Both the position numbers and the translations under genes were made by a program. Below are positions 29,817 through 41,367 of a DNA stretch of 64,000 bases, one piece after another; positions within the stretch are counted from its first letter, which is position 1, and each line of letters starts with the position of its first letter. This DNA comes from Candidatus Poseidoniaceae archaeon (GTDB lineage Archaea; Thermoplasmatota; Poseidoniia; Poseidoniales; Poseidoniaceae): positions 32,001-96,000 of the forward strand of contig CBFIJH010000007.1 in NCBI GenBank assembly GCA_965662895.1, read 5' to 3'. The notes under the pieces are model-generated. The model was given only the letters and a program-made list of their open reading frames with translations. It was not told the origin of the DNA and did not search any database.

Positions 29817-31441
29817 GGCAACGATTGTCCACTCGATGCGAGAAGGAGACCGAGGAATGGAGGGCTTGGTCTTCCTGGCCGAGATTTGAATTCAGGATGA
29901 TACTGAACACCAACGTAGTATGGATGTCCCTCGAGTTCGAAAATTTCGCATCGTTGTCCACTCTCATCTTTGCCAACAAATTTGAGTCCAGCAGCCTCGA
30001 TTTTCTCAACCAAATCGGGATTGATTTCGTAACGGTGTCGATGACGTTCATCGACCGAATCAAGACCTCCATACAGTCGTTTCATTGTACAATCGTCAAC
30101 TTGGAAGATGGTCGGACGTGATCCTAAACGCATTGTCCCTCCAAGATGCGTCTTGGAAATTTCTGGCATGAAGATAACTGCAGGATTTGCTGCATCGGCA
30201 TCAAACTCTGTGGAAGTTGCATCCTTGATGTTGAGAACGTTGCGACAGAATTCAATGGCTGCGACCTGCAATCCAAGACAAATACCAAGGTAAGGGACAT
30301 CGTTTTCACGAGCGTATTGAGCAGCCAGAACTTTTCCTTCAATACCACGGTCTCCAAATCCACCAGGAACCAATATCCCATTTGCATTGCGCAACAAATT
30401 CCATGCTTCAGCGTTCTTGGTATCTTCCAAATCGCTGGCTTCAATCCAATCGATGACCAATTTTCGGTCGACTGCAATTGCTGCGTGTTGGAGAGACTTG
30501 ATGACCGAAAGATACGCATCCGAAAGGTCGGTGTATTTTCCAACCATTGCAATGTGGACTTCTTCTGTTAATTGATCGAGGCGATGAGCCATAGCTCTCC
30601 ATTCCTTGAGCAGCCCTGTCTTGTCACAATCGATGTCGAGGATGTTGCAGAAACCTTGTTCTTCAAGCATCAATGGGACGTGATAGATGTTTGGAACATC
30701 ATGCGTAGAAAAGACAGCATCGGGGTGAACATGACAGAATGCAGAAAGTTTCTCACGAGTTTCATTGTTGAGAGGATTGCTTGATCGACAGACAAGGACA
30801 TCAGGCGTTATCCCTAAGCCCATCAATTCTTTTACGGTGTGTTGGGTGGGCTTTGTCTTTTGTTCACCAACAGGGCCCAAGACAGGAACAAGCGATACGT
30901 GGACAAATGTCACATTGTCTCGTCCGACTCGAAATTGGAATTGACGTAGTGCTTCAAGATAGGGTGCGCTTTCGATGTCTCCAACCGTTCCTCCGAGTTC
31001 GATGATGCAAACGTCTGGTGTTTCATCCGAACCGTCAGCAGGGCGCTGAGCAACATCCACAATCCAATCTTGGACTGCGTCTGTAATGTGCGGGATGACC
31101 TGAACCGTCTTGCCAAGATAATCGCCTCGTCGTTCAGCTTCAAGCACTTTGGAGTAGACTTTCCCAGTTGTCAGGTTGTTATCCCGAGCGAGATTGAGGT
31201 CGAGAAAACGTTCGTAATTTCCAAGGTCAAGGTCGACTTCTCCTCCATCATCGAGAACGAAGACTTCACCATGCTCGAACGGACTCATCGTACCGGCATC
31301 ACTGTTCAAGTACGGGTCAATTTTTATCGATGTGACTCGCAATCCAGCGCTTTTGAGGAGTACACCGATGCTGCTTGCAGTAACACCTTTGCCCAAGCCA
31401 CTGAGCACTCCTCCGCTGACAATTACGTACTTCAAACCCAT
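29813..31441 (-). CDS. pyrG: CTP synthase
   Basis: [35 protein letters not shown]. Confidence 0.97.
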   Translation of the reverse strand: MGLKYVIVSGGVLSGLGKGVTASSIGVLLKSAGLRVTSIKIDPYLNSDAGTMSPFEHGEVFVLDDGGEVDLDLGNYERFLDLNLARDNNLTTGKVYSKVLEAERRGDYLGKTVQVIPHITDAVQDWIVDVAQRPADGSDETPDVCIIELGGTVGDIESAPYLEALRQFQFRVGRDNVTFVHVSLVPVLGPVGEQKTKPTQHTVKELMGLGITPDVLVCRSSNPLNNETREKLSAFCHVHPDAVFSTHDVPNIYHVPLMLEEQGFCNILDIDCDKTGLLKEWRAMAHRLDQLTEEVHIAMVGKYTDLSDAYLSVIKSLQHAAIAVDRKLVIDWIEASDLEDTKNAEAWNLLRNANGILVPGGFGDRGIEGKVLAAQYARENDVPYLGICLGLQVAAIEFCRNVLNIKDATSTEFDADAANPAVIFMPEISKTHLGGTMRLGSRPTIFQVDDCTMKRLYGGLDSVDERHRHRYEINPDLVEKIEAAGLKFVGKDESGQRCEIFELEGHPYYVGVQYHPEFKSRPGRPSPPFLGLLLASSGQSLP

Positions 31442-31543
31442 CAACGGGATTCAAAGCGGTCGCGCATACCATATGAATATTGGCTAAGAAGACCAAGTTT
31501 GTTGCATCTCTAGTTTCAAGTATCGTCACAAGAAGGGCAGCCT

Positions 31544-32503
31544 ATGCCGGGATTGGATGGGGATAGGATTCTTGTCACCGGAGCATTGGGCCAAATTGGA
31601 ACTGAACTCGTCGAGGCTTTACGAGAAAAACACGGCGTTGATTCTGTCATTGCCTCAGATATTCGAAGTGATGCACACAATACTGAAAACGACAAAGGCC
31701 CGTATGTAACCCTCGACGTTTTGAATCAGGACGCAATCACCAAACTGTGCAAATCTGAATCTGTTGATACCGTCTACCACCTTGCTGCATTGTTGTCCGC
31801 AACCGGGGAGCAAAATCCTGAGTTGTGCCGCAAAGTGAACATTGACGGAACAGTATCCGTCCTCGAGTCTGCACGAGCATGCCAAATGCGCGTATTTACG
31901 CCTTCATCGATCGCAGTTTTCGGTCCGGATGCTCCAAAACATGCTCCCCAAGTTACAGAACTGAACCCGACAACGGTGTACGGAGAAACCAAGGTGAAAG
32001 GGGAACAGCTTGGTAGAGAATACTGGGACAAGCATGGTATCGACGTTCGTGGCATTCGTTATCCTGGTCTCATTTCATACAAAGCTCCAGCAGGCGGTGG
32101 TACGACGGATTACGCTGTGGAAATTTTCGAGGCTGCCTTGAAGGATGGTTCTTACAACTGTTTTGTCCGTCCAGATACGCGCCTGCCGATGCTCTACATG
32201 GATGATGCAATACAAGCCACATTGATGCTGATGGATGCAGATAGCGATGCACTTGGACCATCCAAAGCCGGCTACAACATCGATTGTTACTCCTTCACAG
32301 CCCAAGAACTTGCGAATGCAATCGCACGGGAAGTGGATGGATTTACCTGTGAATTCACTCCCGATGTGCGCCAGACATATGCGGATTCATGGCCCGATTC
32401 CATCGATGGATCTGTAGCAAAAGAAGAATGGAATTGGTCACCAAAGTTTGATCTTGACCAAATGGTCAAAGCGATGCTGAATGGTTTGTCAAATCAACAA
32501 TGA
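31544..32503 (+). CDS. tdh: L-threonine 3-dehydrogenase (SDR type)
   Basis: GALGQIG, HLAALLSATGE, PSSIAVFG, YGETK, GGGTTDYAV. Confidence 0.85.
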   Translation: MPGLDGDRILVTGALGQIGTELVEALREKHGVDSVIASDIRSDAHNTENDKGPYVTLDVLNQDAITKLCKSESVDTVYHLAALLSATGEQNPELCRKVNIDGTVSVLESARACQMRVFTPSSIAVFGPDAPKHAPQVTELNPTTVYGETKVKGEQLGREYWDKHGIDVRGIRYPGLISYKAPAGGGTTDYAVEIFEAALKDGSYNCFVRPDTRLPMLYMDDAIQATLMLMDADSDALGPSKAGYNIDCYSFTAQELANAIAREVDGFTCEFTPDVRQTYADSWPDSIDGSVAKEEWNWSPKFDLDQMVKAMLNGLSNQQ

Positions 32504-32527
32504 ATTCCCATTGCATCCATTGGAAGC

Positions 32528-34084
32528 TTACTGTGAAATCCACTTGTATGTTCTTGCACCTTCATTGGCGCCTTCCTCGCCAATTTCGACAAGAGCAAAT
32601 TCACCACGTGGAGAAACAACGCTGTCTTCTTGCAATCCTTTGTGGAGGTTTTCGTAGGTGAATTGGTCGATTGCAACGCGACCAGCAAGGCGTTCAAACA
32701 ACTGCCATCGTGCAACAACTTCCCGCCATTGAGGAGCAACCATTCCTTCGAAAACTTTCGCTTTCGCACCCGAACCGTACCCACATAGGCCAAACAATTC
32801 ACCTTCAAGTTTGGAGTTGTCTTCCAAATCGGATTCAAATGTGGACATGAGCGCTAAGAAGATGGAGCCTGTATATTGGTTTCCAATCAAACTTGAAGCA
32901 CGTTGTCCTTTCTCAATTTGTTCTTTGTGGAATTCAAGATATTCAGGCGTTTTCGAAATCGCTCGCCTGTAACCGTCCATTCCTTTTTCCCATGCAGCCA
33001 TTGCTTCGAGGTCATCGGTTTCGGGTTTTTGTGGAGGTTCGCCGATTTGTTTGATGACACCTTGCCACATTGGCGTATTCATCCGGTCATGGCGGAACAC
33101 GTCAGGAAACATTCGTTTTGCTTGGAAAGCATAAGGGAGATGCATTATGATTCGAGACCATTGTTCAGTAAATTGCGTGTCGAGTTCTGGATCCCATCGC
33201 TTTTGCTTGATGGCTCGCTGGCTGAAATTATGGAAGGCTTGACGAACCGCTTGCTGGTAACATCGGTTTGAGAATTGACCATCAAAAACAGGTTCATCAC
33301 GATGAACACTGACGGATTCTTCACCGTGTGCAAAAATACCGAGACGGCGAACCGTTGACTCTGGAAGGTGCTTGATCATTCGATCGACAATGCCTTTCTT
33401 GAGGGACTGTCCTGTTTCTTGGGCGAGGGTCATAACGTTGGAAATGACGGAACGGAGACTTACATTTCGTCGAGGTTTGAAGAAATCGTGAACCGGTGTC
33501 GTCGATACGCCCCAGCAATCAGGGATGACCAACAAACGAGGATTTTGTCGTATCAACAACGCTCCTCCGCCCGCTCCCTGGGTGTATTCTCCGCTTGATT
33601 CAAGGTCGTACTTGGCGTTATCCGAGAAGATGACAATCCCGATGCGGTCGTCCTTTTCGCTTGAACGAGCAGCCCAGTCAAGTGTAGTATGCAGTGCATC
33701 GACAGCACCGATGCATGCGAAAGTCATGTCGACAACATCACAATTCCGGAAACAATCCTCTCCAAAACGGTCTTGGTAGCGTTGCGTAAGCATATCAAGG
33801 ATGTATGTAGCAGTCGGCTTTGCGCCATCGAGAGCGGATTCGGTTCCAAGATACATGCGGCCAATGTCACGCGGATCGATACCATTTCGGTCGATAAGTC
33901 GCATGACTGCCATGGCACCCATCGTTGCAGTATCTTCGTGGGCATCGGGAATTGCCATTGCTTTCAAACCGAGGCCCTTGTTGAGTTTTCCATAGTCAGC
34001 GCCTCGCATTTCTGCAAAGTCTCGCATGTCCATGTAGAGTCGCGGGAAATGAATTGCTACATCGTCAATACCGACGTTAACCAT
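32528..34084 (-). CDS. mvaS: Hydroxymethylglutaryl-CoA synthase (bacterial type)
   Basis: GTES, FACIGA, DNAKY, EYTQGAG, HLPY, GNQYTGS, YGSG. Confidence 0.9.
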   Translation of the reverse strand: MVNVGIDDVAIHFPRLYMDMRDFAEMRGADYGKLNKGLGLKAMAIPDAHEDTATMGAMAVMRLIDRNGIDPRDIGRMYLGTESALDGAKPTATYILDMLTQRYQDRFGEDCFRNCDVVDMTFACIGAVDALHTTLDWAARSSEKDDRIGIVIFSDNAKYDLESSGEYTQGAGGGALLIRQNPRLLVIPDCWGVSTTPVHDFFKPRRNVSLRSVISNVMTLAQETGQSLKKGIVDRMIKHLPESTVRRLGIFAHGEESVSVHRDEPVFDGQFSNRCYQQAVRQAFHNFSQRAIKQKRWDPELDTQFTEQWSRIIMHLPYAFQAKRMFPDVFRHDRMNTPMWQGVIKQIGEPPQKPETDDLEAMAAWEKGMDGYRRAISKTPEYLEFHKEQIEKGQRASSLIGNQYTGSIFLALMSTFESDLEDNSKLEGELFGLCGYGSGAKAKVFEGMVAPQWREVVARWQLFERLAGRVAIDQFTYENLHKGLQEDSVVSPRGEFALVEIGEEGANEGARTYKWISQ

Positions 34085-34144
34085 GCTACCCCGGAAATTC
34101 TTGAATATATATAGGCTGGTTCAAAAAAGACGCACATTTTTCAA

Positions 34145-35755
34145 TTAGCGTCGATCAGGAGCAGTTCCATCGAGCGATGCTTGAACGTCGTCAGGTACGC
34201 TGATTTCCTGTTTGGCCCAAAGCACGTCATCAATCCTTAGTACAGCGATTGTCGCCTCACTCGCACTCGATAGCGCTTGGTCAACAACCCGAGCCGGCTC
34301 GACGATCTTTGAGGCGCGCATGTTCTCAGGCTGACGGGTCAAAACATTCAATCCGATTGAATCATCATCGCTTTGACTTTGCAATGAGACAAGTTGCAGG
34401 AGCGTGTCGATCGGATCCATACCAGCATTTTCAGCAAGAATACGCGGAATCGTCTCAAGCCCATCAGCAAAAGCCTCAATCGCCATTTGTTCCCTCCCAG
34501 GAACAGTTTCTGCATATCGTCGCAATCGACGTGCAAGAGCGATGTAGGTCGCACCTCCGCCTGGCGTAAGTTCTGGATTCTCTTTCAGTCGACAAGCAAC
34601 ACCCAAAGCATCAGCAAAGCAACGTTGAACCTCTCCAACCACTGTTTCGGTGCTCCCTGTTGCAACAAAGGTTGCACCACCTTCATCGGCTTCGAGAATC
34701 CAGTGGTCAACATCGCCCCAGCGTTCGCACCGACTGGAAATGAATACACCAATATCGGTTTTCTTCGCTTCATGGATGGATGGAATTAACTTGGCACCGC
34801 ATCCCCTCGCAAGAAGTTCAAGATCGCTCTTTGCGACGCGTCGGAACGCCTTGATACCAGCGTTGGCAAGATGCACATGCATGCTCTCATCAATACCTTC
34901 TCGGCAAGCAAGAAGGGTGACATCCAAATCAACAAGCATCTTGACTTGTTCAAGCAAACGCTGTTCTTCAGCATCACGGAAGGATTGCAGTACGCTCGCT
35001 GAAGTAACATTGAGTTGAACATCCGTGGACAATGAACGAAGTTCGAGTCCCCCATCGACCAAAAGAATCGATCCTGCTTTCAGCGATGCAGGCATCTCAA
35101 CATGTGCTCGTTTTTTTGGAAGTGCGAGACCGGTGATGAGTTTCGATTGTTCAAGCGAAGGGCCGCTGCGTGTGATGACTTTTACTCTGGTTGGATCGGC
35201 AACAATCTTCCCATTTGATTCCATAAGAATAGCTTCAGCAGCATCGACTGCACACGCAGAAATTGTTGACTGCATCTTTTGATGCAATTTCCCAGCAAGG
35301 GATGTCATTGCAGCATGTTGAATGTCTTCATTCGTGGCTTGATATGTCAAAGCGCTGAGGTGTTCCTTGCAGTACACTTCAGCCATCCGATATCCACGGG
35401 CAATGGTTGCTGGATGTACACCTTGTACGACGAGATGCCAGGCGTTTTGCAACCATTCAGCAGCGAGCAAGACCGTGGAAGTCGTTCCGTCGCGAACGGT
35501 TTGATCTTGCGTAGCACTGGCGGAGATTAACATGTGTGCGATTGGATGTTCAACCTTGGCTGATTCAAGGACAGTGATTCCATCGTTCGTAACCATGCTT
35601 CGCCCTTCATCATCGACCAACAATTTGTCGAGACCTTTTGGCCCTAGGGTAGAGCGAACTGCTCCAGCGAGTGCAACTGCAGCTTGTATGTTCTTGCGAA
35701 GAGCATCACGGCCCGTCGTACGGTCCGTCTCTTCAAGAATCGGAACATCGCTCAT
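34145..35755 (-). CDS. Divergent group II chaperonin (thermosome/TCP-1) subunit
   Basis: STLGPKGLDK, TNDGIT, RDGTTS, PGGGA, LAENAG, VLRIDD. Confidence 0.9.
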   Translation of the reverse strand: MSDVPILEETDRTTGRDALRKNIQAAVALAGAVRSTLGPKGLDKLLVDDEGRSMVTNDGITVLESAKVEHPIAHMLISASATQDQTVRDGTTSTVLLAAEWLQNAWHLVVQGVHPATIARGYRMAEVYCKEHLSALTYQATNEDIQHAAMTSLAGKLHQKMQSTISACAVDAAEAILMESNGKIVADPTRVKVITRSGPSLEQSKLITGLALPKKRAHVEMPASLKAGSILLVDGGLELRSLSTDVQLNVTSASVLQSFRDAEEQRLLEQVKMLVDLDVTLLACREGIDESMHVHLANAGIKAFRRVAKSDLELLARGCGAKLIPSIHEAKKTDIGVFISSRCERWGDVDHWILEADEGGATFVATGSTETVVGEVQRCFADALGVACRLKENPELTPGGGATYIALARRLRRYAETVPGREQMAIEAFADGLETIPRILAENAGMDPIDTLLQLVSLQSQSDDDSIGLNVLTRQPENMRASKIVEPARVVDQALSSASEATIAVLRIDDVLWAKQEISVPDDVQASLDGTAPDRR

Positions 35756-35793
35756 GGCCAAACCAACGGAGGCTTACACATAAGGACAATGTT

Positions 35794-37680
35794 TCAGTCT
35801 TCTTCGTCAACGACTTCGAAGTCTGCATCGACGACATCGTCGCTTTCAACGTTGATGTCTCCATCGCCTTCACCGTTCTCGGATTCTGCCATTTCAGCGG
35901 CCGCAGCTTCGTACAACTTTGAAGAAATTGCGTGCATTGATTCTTCAACTTCCTTGACCTTGGCTTGAATTGCAGCCTCATCCATGGCTTCGTCATCGAT
36001 TGGTTTTCCGTCATCATCTTGAACAAGTGCTTCGAGTTCTGAAAGCTTCTCACGTACGGGTTCAAGGTCGGAAGCATCGAGTTTGTCCTCGTTTTCATCG
36101 AGCGTTCGACGAGTCTGATAGACAATTTGATCGGCCATATTTCGCAACTCAATCTTGGCTTTTCGACGCTTATCTTCCTCTGCAAAGGATTCTGCTTCAG
36201 CAATCTTGGCTTGAATCTCTTCTTCGGAGAGGGAGGTTTGTGATTCAATCTTGATCGATTGTTCCTTTCCAGTACCCATGTCTTTGGCGCTCACGTTAAC
36301 GATTCCGTTTGCATCGATATCAAAGGTGACTTCGATTTGAGGGACGCCGCGCGGTGCGGGGGGGATATCCGTTAAGTGGAATTGGCCCAGCGTTACGTTG
36401 TCTTTAGCAAATTCGCGCTCACCCTGGAGGACGTGGATTTCAACAGCCGGCTGATTGTCGCTTGCGGTTGAATAAATCTCACTCCGACGTGCTGGAATGG
36501 TTGTGTTTCGCTCGATCATGGTCGTTGTGACGCCACCAAGCGTCTCAATACCCAAGGTGAGCGGTGTGACGTCAAGCAAGAGAATGTCAGAGACATCATC
36601 GTCTCCAGCAATGATCCCTGCTTGGAGAGCGGCACCCATGGCAACGGCTTCATCGGGGTTGATACCCTTGTAGGGGGCTTTTCCAGTTTCTTTCTCAATC
36701 GCTGATTGAACTGCCGGTACACGTGTGGAGCCACCGACGAGAATGACTTTGTCGACGTCACCTTTCTTGACGCCAGCATCTTTCATGGCTTGGCGAGTTG
36801 GTGCCATCGTATCCTCGATGTGCTTGGCGATGAGGTCTTCGAATCGAGCACGAGAGAGTGTAATGTCAAGGTGCTCAGGGTTTCCGTCTTTCATTGTAAT
36901 GAATGGAAGATTGATTTGGGAGGACTGTGTTCCTGAGAGTTCAATCTTCGCCTTTTCTGCGGCTTCTTTGAGTCGACTCATGGCCTGATTGTCCTTGGAC
37001 AAATCGATACCAGTTTCACGCTTGAATTCGCTCACGAGCCATTCAATGATGCGATCGTCGAAATCATCGCCACCAAGTTTGTTGTTACCGGCAGTCGCCT
37101 TAACTTCGATTTGTGGTTGTCCGTCAACATCGTAAATCTCAAGAATCGAAACGTCAAACGTTCCGCCACCGAGGTCGTAGACGAGGATGGTTTGGTCGTC
37201 GCCCTTGTCCGCCCCGTAAGCAAGCGCAGCAGCGGTTGGTTCGTTGATGATTCGAAGAACATCCATGCCAGCGATTCGTCCAGCATCCTTTGTTGCTTTC
37301 CGTTGTGCATCGGTAAAATAGGCAGGACATGTAATGACCGCTTGCTTTACTTCATGACCCAAGTAAGCCTCTGCATCCGCCTTCAACTTCTGCAGAATAA
37401 ACGCAGAGATTTCTTGTGGCGTGTACTCCGTTCCATCGATATCCGTTTTCCAATCAGTCCCCATGTGTCGCTTGACAGAAATCATGGTGCGGTCTGGGTT
37501 TGTGACGGCTTGTCGCTTTGCGGTGATTCCAATCAAACGCTCGCCATCTTTGTTGAAAGCGACAACAGAAGGTGTTGTTCGTGCGCCTTCAGCGTTGGCA
37601 ATAACAACGGGTTCGCCGTTCTCGATTGTCGCTACGCAGCTGTTGGTTGTTCCAAGGTCAATTCCGATTACTTTGCTCAT
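35794..37680 (-). CDS. dnaK: Chaperone DnaK (Hsp70)
   Basis: [35 protein letters not shown]; SD GGAG upstream. Confidence 0.98.
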   Translation of the reverse strand: MSKVIGIDLGTTNSCVATIENGEPVVIANAEGARTTPSVVAFNKDGERLIGITAKRQAVTNPDRTMISVKRHMGTDWKTDIDGTEYTPQEISAFILQKLKADAEAYLGHEVKQAVITCPAYFTDAQRKATKDAGRIAGMDVLRIINEPTAAALAYGADKGDDQTILVYDLGGGTFDVSILEIYDVDGQPQIEVKATAGNNKLGGDDFDDRIIEWLVSEFKRETGIDLSKDNQAMSRLKEAAEKAKIELSGTQSSQINLPFITMKDGNPEHLDITLSRARFEDLIAKHIEDTMAPTRQAMKDAGVKKGDVDKVILVGGSTRVPAVQSAIEKETGKAPYKGINPDEAVAMGAALQAGIIAGDDDVSDILLLDVTPLTLGIETLGGVTTTMIERNTTIPARRSEIYSTASDNQPAVEIHVLQGEREFAKDNVTLGQFHLTDIPPAPRGVPQIEVTFDIDANGIVNVSAKDMGTGKEQSIKIESQTSLSEEEIQAKIAEAESFAEEDKRRKAKIELRNMADQIVYQTRRTLDENEDKLDASDLEPVREKLSELEALVQDDDGKPIDDEAMDEAAIQAKVKEVEESMHAISSKLYEAAAAEMAESENGEGDGDINVESDDVVDADFEVVDEED

Positions 37681-37696
37681 TTTGTTCATCTCCTTT

Positions 37697-38395
37697 TCAT
37701 AGAATTGGGATTCCTCCATCGTCGTCGTCATCGTCGTCATCGTCCGCTAGGTCGATGGCGATGTCGCTACTTTGGGGAATGGAATCGTCACCATCTTCCG
37801 ATGGTGGTAGAGCTGCGAAGGCATCCTCTGGAGGAATCAAGCGCAGGGTGATGTCGAGAATACCGTTGTTCAGTGTGAAGTCAACAACGTCCTCGCAAGC
37901 ATGTGGAAGTTCGATTCGAGCAACAGGTGCGAGTTGGGTGGATCGGTGGACCTCAACAAGCGTTCCTCCATCGATAAGATTCAATTCGACTTGATCTTGT
38001 TCAAGTTCTTTCTTTGCAAAATCAACAGTGATGGTCATGTTCCATCCTTCAAGGTAAACATCGTCTGCCGGTAGCACCATGTCGTCTTGGTCATCACCGT
38101 CGGGTGTCTCGATTTCAACGGGAGAAGCATCAACACGAACATCAACGCCCATGTTCTTGAACAACTCATTGAAGTCCATACCGGGTTGGAAGAAGTTTTG
38201 CAGATTGCTCAAATCGAAGTTGAAGTTGACATCGCCTTTGGCCAATCGCTCTTCATCGATTCCCATCTTTTCGAATTGTGAGCGAAATTGCTGGAGAAGT
38301 GTGCGTAGTTGTTCTCTGGACATGTTCATGCCCATGTTGGAAAGGAGGCGCTCAAGTTGATCCAACATCTTCTCTTCCCAATCGTCACCTGCCAT
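37697..38395 (-). CDS. Small heat-shock (Hsp20/alpha-crystallin-like) protein
   Basis: Met/Phe-rich N-terminus, RIELP...[12 protein letters not shown]; acidic tail; upstream of dnaK. Confidence 0.7.
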   Translation of the reverse strand: MAGDDWEEKMLDQLERLLSNMGMNMSREQLRTLLQQFRSQFEKMGIDEERLAKGDVNFNFDLSNLQNFFQPGMDFNELFKNMGVDVRVDASPVEIETPDGDDQDDMVLPADDVYLEGWNMTITVDFAKKELEQDQVELNLIDGGTLVEVHRSTQLAPVARIELPHACEDVVDFTLNNGILDITLRLIPPEDAFAALPPSEDGDDSIPQSSDIAIDLADDDDDDDDDGGIPIL

Positions 38396-38535
38396 CGACT
38401 TCACCACTACTTAACCTTGGGTTACATAGTTGGGATAGCAGGGTGATATATGAACCTGACCTTTGATACACAGCGTCCGGCAATGGCGGAAAACGGCGTT
38501 CAATGAAAGCATGAGAACGGCTTCAGAATGATGCC

Positions 38536-39135
38536 TTATCTCGATTCTTCTTCTGATTTTCTGGACGTAATAAAGGCATCAATTTTCTCGTACACCATTT
38601 GCTCATAGCCTGCAATTTTTTTGACAATCTCGTTCTCTGTTGGTCCCTTTTCCTTGAGTATTGGTACCATCGAGGACCAAACTCCCTCGCCTTTTATCCG
38701 AGAATAAATGGCAGCGGAAACGTGTGTTGCAATCATCACGTAACTCAATGTTGCACTGAATTCATGAACTGAAAGAGCTCCATCTTGCAAAGGCCCAGTT
38801 TTGATGTCTTGACTGTACAACGCAGCAATGATCAATCCGGACAGGGGTAGGAGAATCAACGCTGCGTACATGCCTCGATGCACGGATTTGGCGATGAAGG
38901 TGTGAATTCGATGCGGTGCTTCAGTCGCACCATGAAATGTGGTAAAACGTCGCATGTAGGTCAAGCGTAAGATGACAATCAACAAGAAAACTGAAGCAAA
39001 AATTGACTCGAAAATCAACAATGCTGAATCTTCCAATTGCTCGATGTCATCGACCTGTTTGAAAATGCCGTAAGCATAAAGCGGAATAAACGTCCAATGA
39101 ATCAGTTTAGCGAGGAGGGTATGTTGGGTCGCCAC
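38536..39135 (-). CDS. Cytochrome b561 / b-type cytochrome family membrane protein (GTG start inferred)
   Basis: LAKLIHW, VHRGMY, PLSG, VHE, THVSAA haem-ligand His pattern. Confidence 0.8.
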   Translation of the reverse strand: MATQHTLLAKLIHWTFIPLYAYGIFKQVDDIEQLEDSALLIFESIFASVFLLIVILRLTYMRRFTTFHGATEAPHRIHTFIAKSVHRGMYAALILLPLSGLIIAALYSQDIKTGPLQDGALSVHEFSATLSYVMIATHVSAAIYSRIKGEGVWSSMVPILKEKGPTENEIVKKIAGYEQMVYEKIDAFITSRKSEEESR

Positions 39136-39251
39136 TACTTTTGAAATCAAACCCTGTCGTTTATCAAAATATAGTACAGGAACAAATGAGAAAGTGTGTT
39201 CATAGAAGCGAGAGGTGCATGACCATATACTTCCATAGCAAGTCCAAAGGC

Positions 39252-39734
39252 ATGGAAGTACGACCGTTGACATTCGACGATGTTGATTCGATGTGGATCA
39301 TCAACGAGCAAGGATTGCCCGGTACTGGCCAAGTTTCGAAATCCGATCTTGGTGAGTTGCTCAACTCCTCCATCTTGTCAATCGGGGCGTTTGAAAAAGA
39401 AGACTTGACTGCATTCGTGATTTGCTTACCTCCTGGAACACGTTATGGCAGCCTCAATTATGCATGGTTTAACAAGCGATTTGATGCTTTTCTCTATGTT
39501 GATCGAATTGCCGTATCGCAAGAACTCCGAAGTCGTGGTATTGGAACAATGTTGTACGAACATGTCGTTTCTTACTCTATTAAGCACAACCTACCCGTCG
39601 CAGCAGAAGTCAATCTCAAGCCTCCAAACCCAGGCTCCATGAGATTCCATTCTCGATTTAATTTTGAACAAATTGGAACACTTCAGCATGAAGACAAAGC
39701 AGTCACAATGCTGATGCGGAAGGTTGGCGATTAA
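39252..39734 (+). CDS. GNAT family N-acetyltransferase
   Basis: YVDRIAV..RSRGIG motif A; N..S.RFH..F.F motif B. Confidence 0.88.
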   Translation: MEVRPLTFDDVDSMWIINEQGLPGTGQVSKSDLGELLNSSILSIGAFEKEDLTAFVICLPPGTRYGSLNYAWFNKRFDAFLYVDRIAVSQELRSRGIGTMLYEHVVSYSIKHNLPVAAEVNLKPPNPGSMRFHSRFNFEQIGTLQHEDKAVTMLMRKVGD

Positions 39735-39744
39735 TCGCTTCAAT

Positions 39745-40214
39745 CTATGCTTCAGTGGGCACATCAGATGACTCATTGTCCTGGAGCCACAGGTAGCCGC
39801 CAACGACCATTGGAGTTGCAAGAACGATGTGGACAAGCATAAAGACGAAATCAAAGCCATCCCCAAACAACGCTCCGCTGTATGAAAACAGAGTCCCGGT
39901 GATGGCGACGGTGAGACCCACGCCAATACCGAATTTTGCTAGAGCTTCCCCTTTCATCCAAAATGCACCGACAATGATGACAGGGATAATCATCATCATC
40001 ATAACCCAAGTGAAGTAAACGGACTCTTGATAGGTATTGACGGCGTCTGCATTTTCAGCCATCGTTGCATTGTAGTCTTCGGTAATGCTCTCTTTTGCGA
40101 GGTCATCATCCAATGCGATGGGTAGGGTGTCAACGAAGGTAATACTCAGGCCGTGGAAGAGAACGAAAAAGATCAACCATACTTTCGGATTCAGAACTTT
40201 TTTGCTGTGCTCAT
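39745..40214 (-). CDS. Membrane protein; true start probably ATG 40214 across a -1 frameshift (in-frame part 39745-40176)
   Basis: About 4 TM; ATG AGC ACA GCA AAA AAG then -1 frame VLNPKVWLIFF; TATAAT upstream. Confidence 0.6.
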
Positions 40215-40348
40215 GTGGCTGTCTCGCTTTTGCGAATTATAGTCTCTTTCACGATATTTCAATTTGAGTCACGAACGAGGACCATTGGAGTTAGACGGAA
40301 ACAGCACTTTATTGGCTTTATTGAAGGAGGGTGATTTGGAGGCAGAGA

Positions 40349-41314
40349 ATGGTTGATGCGCAGCGGAACACCACTGTCTCTGAACCTCAACCATTTGCCA
40401 TGTGGTACCATGCATTGTACACCAATGGGATTCATCCCAATGCCCGCTTTCCTCGCAATCGCTACGAATTGTTGCGTGAACGCCTTGAAACATCAGAGGC
40501 CATGAACAAGATGGTTTTCAACGTCCCACAGGCGATTTCCGAGGAACACCTTCTCCTCGCCCATGGACAAGATTACGTGCAGCGGTTTCTTGCAGGAAAA
40601 CTAACGGACAAAGAACAGAAACGCATTGGGTTGACGCCTTGGACGCCAGCGATGATTGAGCGAACCCTCGTTCTCACTGGAGGAGCGTTGGAAGCGACAG
40701 AATATGCACTCGAGCATCGAACGTTTTCAGGAAACATGGCGGGTGGAACCCACCATGCTCACCGAGATTTCGGTTCGGGCTATTGTGTCTTCAACGATCT
40801 TGCAATATGTGCAGTGCATGCAATCGAAAACCTTGGCGTTGAGCGTGTAGCAATTCTTGATTTGGATGTACATCAAGGCGACGGTACGGCCACCATCTTG
40901 GCGGATGAACCACGAGTCTGCACAATTTCAGTGCACTGCTCAACGAACTTTCCCTTTCGTAAATCCAAAAGTGACTACGATCTTCCAGTCGAGCCAGGTT
41001 CAGATGACGCTACATTCCTCGAAACGGTCGAGCGAGCATTGACGATTTGCAAGGATTTCAATCCAGAACTTCTTCTTTATCAAGCCGGAGTGGACGGTTT
41101 AGAACATGATGCTTTGGGGAAACTCAACGTTTCTCGTCAAGGAATGCGTCGAAGAAACCATCTCGTGTTTTCAGTTGCAAAGGAGCGAAATATTCCGTTG
41201 GTTCTCTTCATGGGCGGTGGATATTCAAAACCTATCGATGCTACACTCGACGCATTTTACGACCTCTTTCATGATGCTGCACTTTGGAGTTCGTCAGCGG
41301 ACAACCAACTCTAG
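40349..41314 (+). CDS. Histone deacetylase family (Zn-dependent) protein
   Basis: GGTHHA, GYC, DLDVHQGDGT, GVDGLEHD, GGGY. Confidence 0.92.
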   Translation: MVDAQRNTTVSEPQPFAMWYHALYTNGIHPNARFPRNRYELLRERLETSEAMNKMVFNVPQAISEEHLLLAHGQDYVQRFLAGKLTDKEQKRIGLTPWTPAMIERTLVLTGGALEATEYALEHRTFSGNMAGGTHHAHRDFGSGYCVFNDLAICAVHAIENLGVERVAILDLDVHQGDGTATILADEPRVCTISVHCSTNFPFRKSKSDYDLPVEPGSDDATFLETVERALTICKDFNPELLLYQAGVDGLEHDALGKLNVSRQGMRRRNHLVFSVAKERNIPLVLFMGGGYSKPIDATLDAFYDLFHDAALWSSSADNQL

Positions 41315-41367
41315 GAGTATCAATTGTTCAGAAAACCGTACCCTCAGTCAACTTCCACCTCAATTAT

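Noticed and set aside
37718-37745. (TCG/TCA)n trinucleotide repeat
   Set aside because: Encodes the poly-Asp tail of the Hsp20-like protein.
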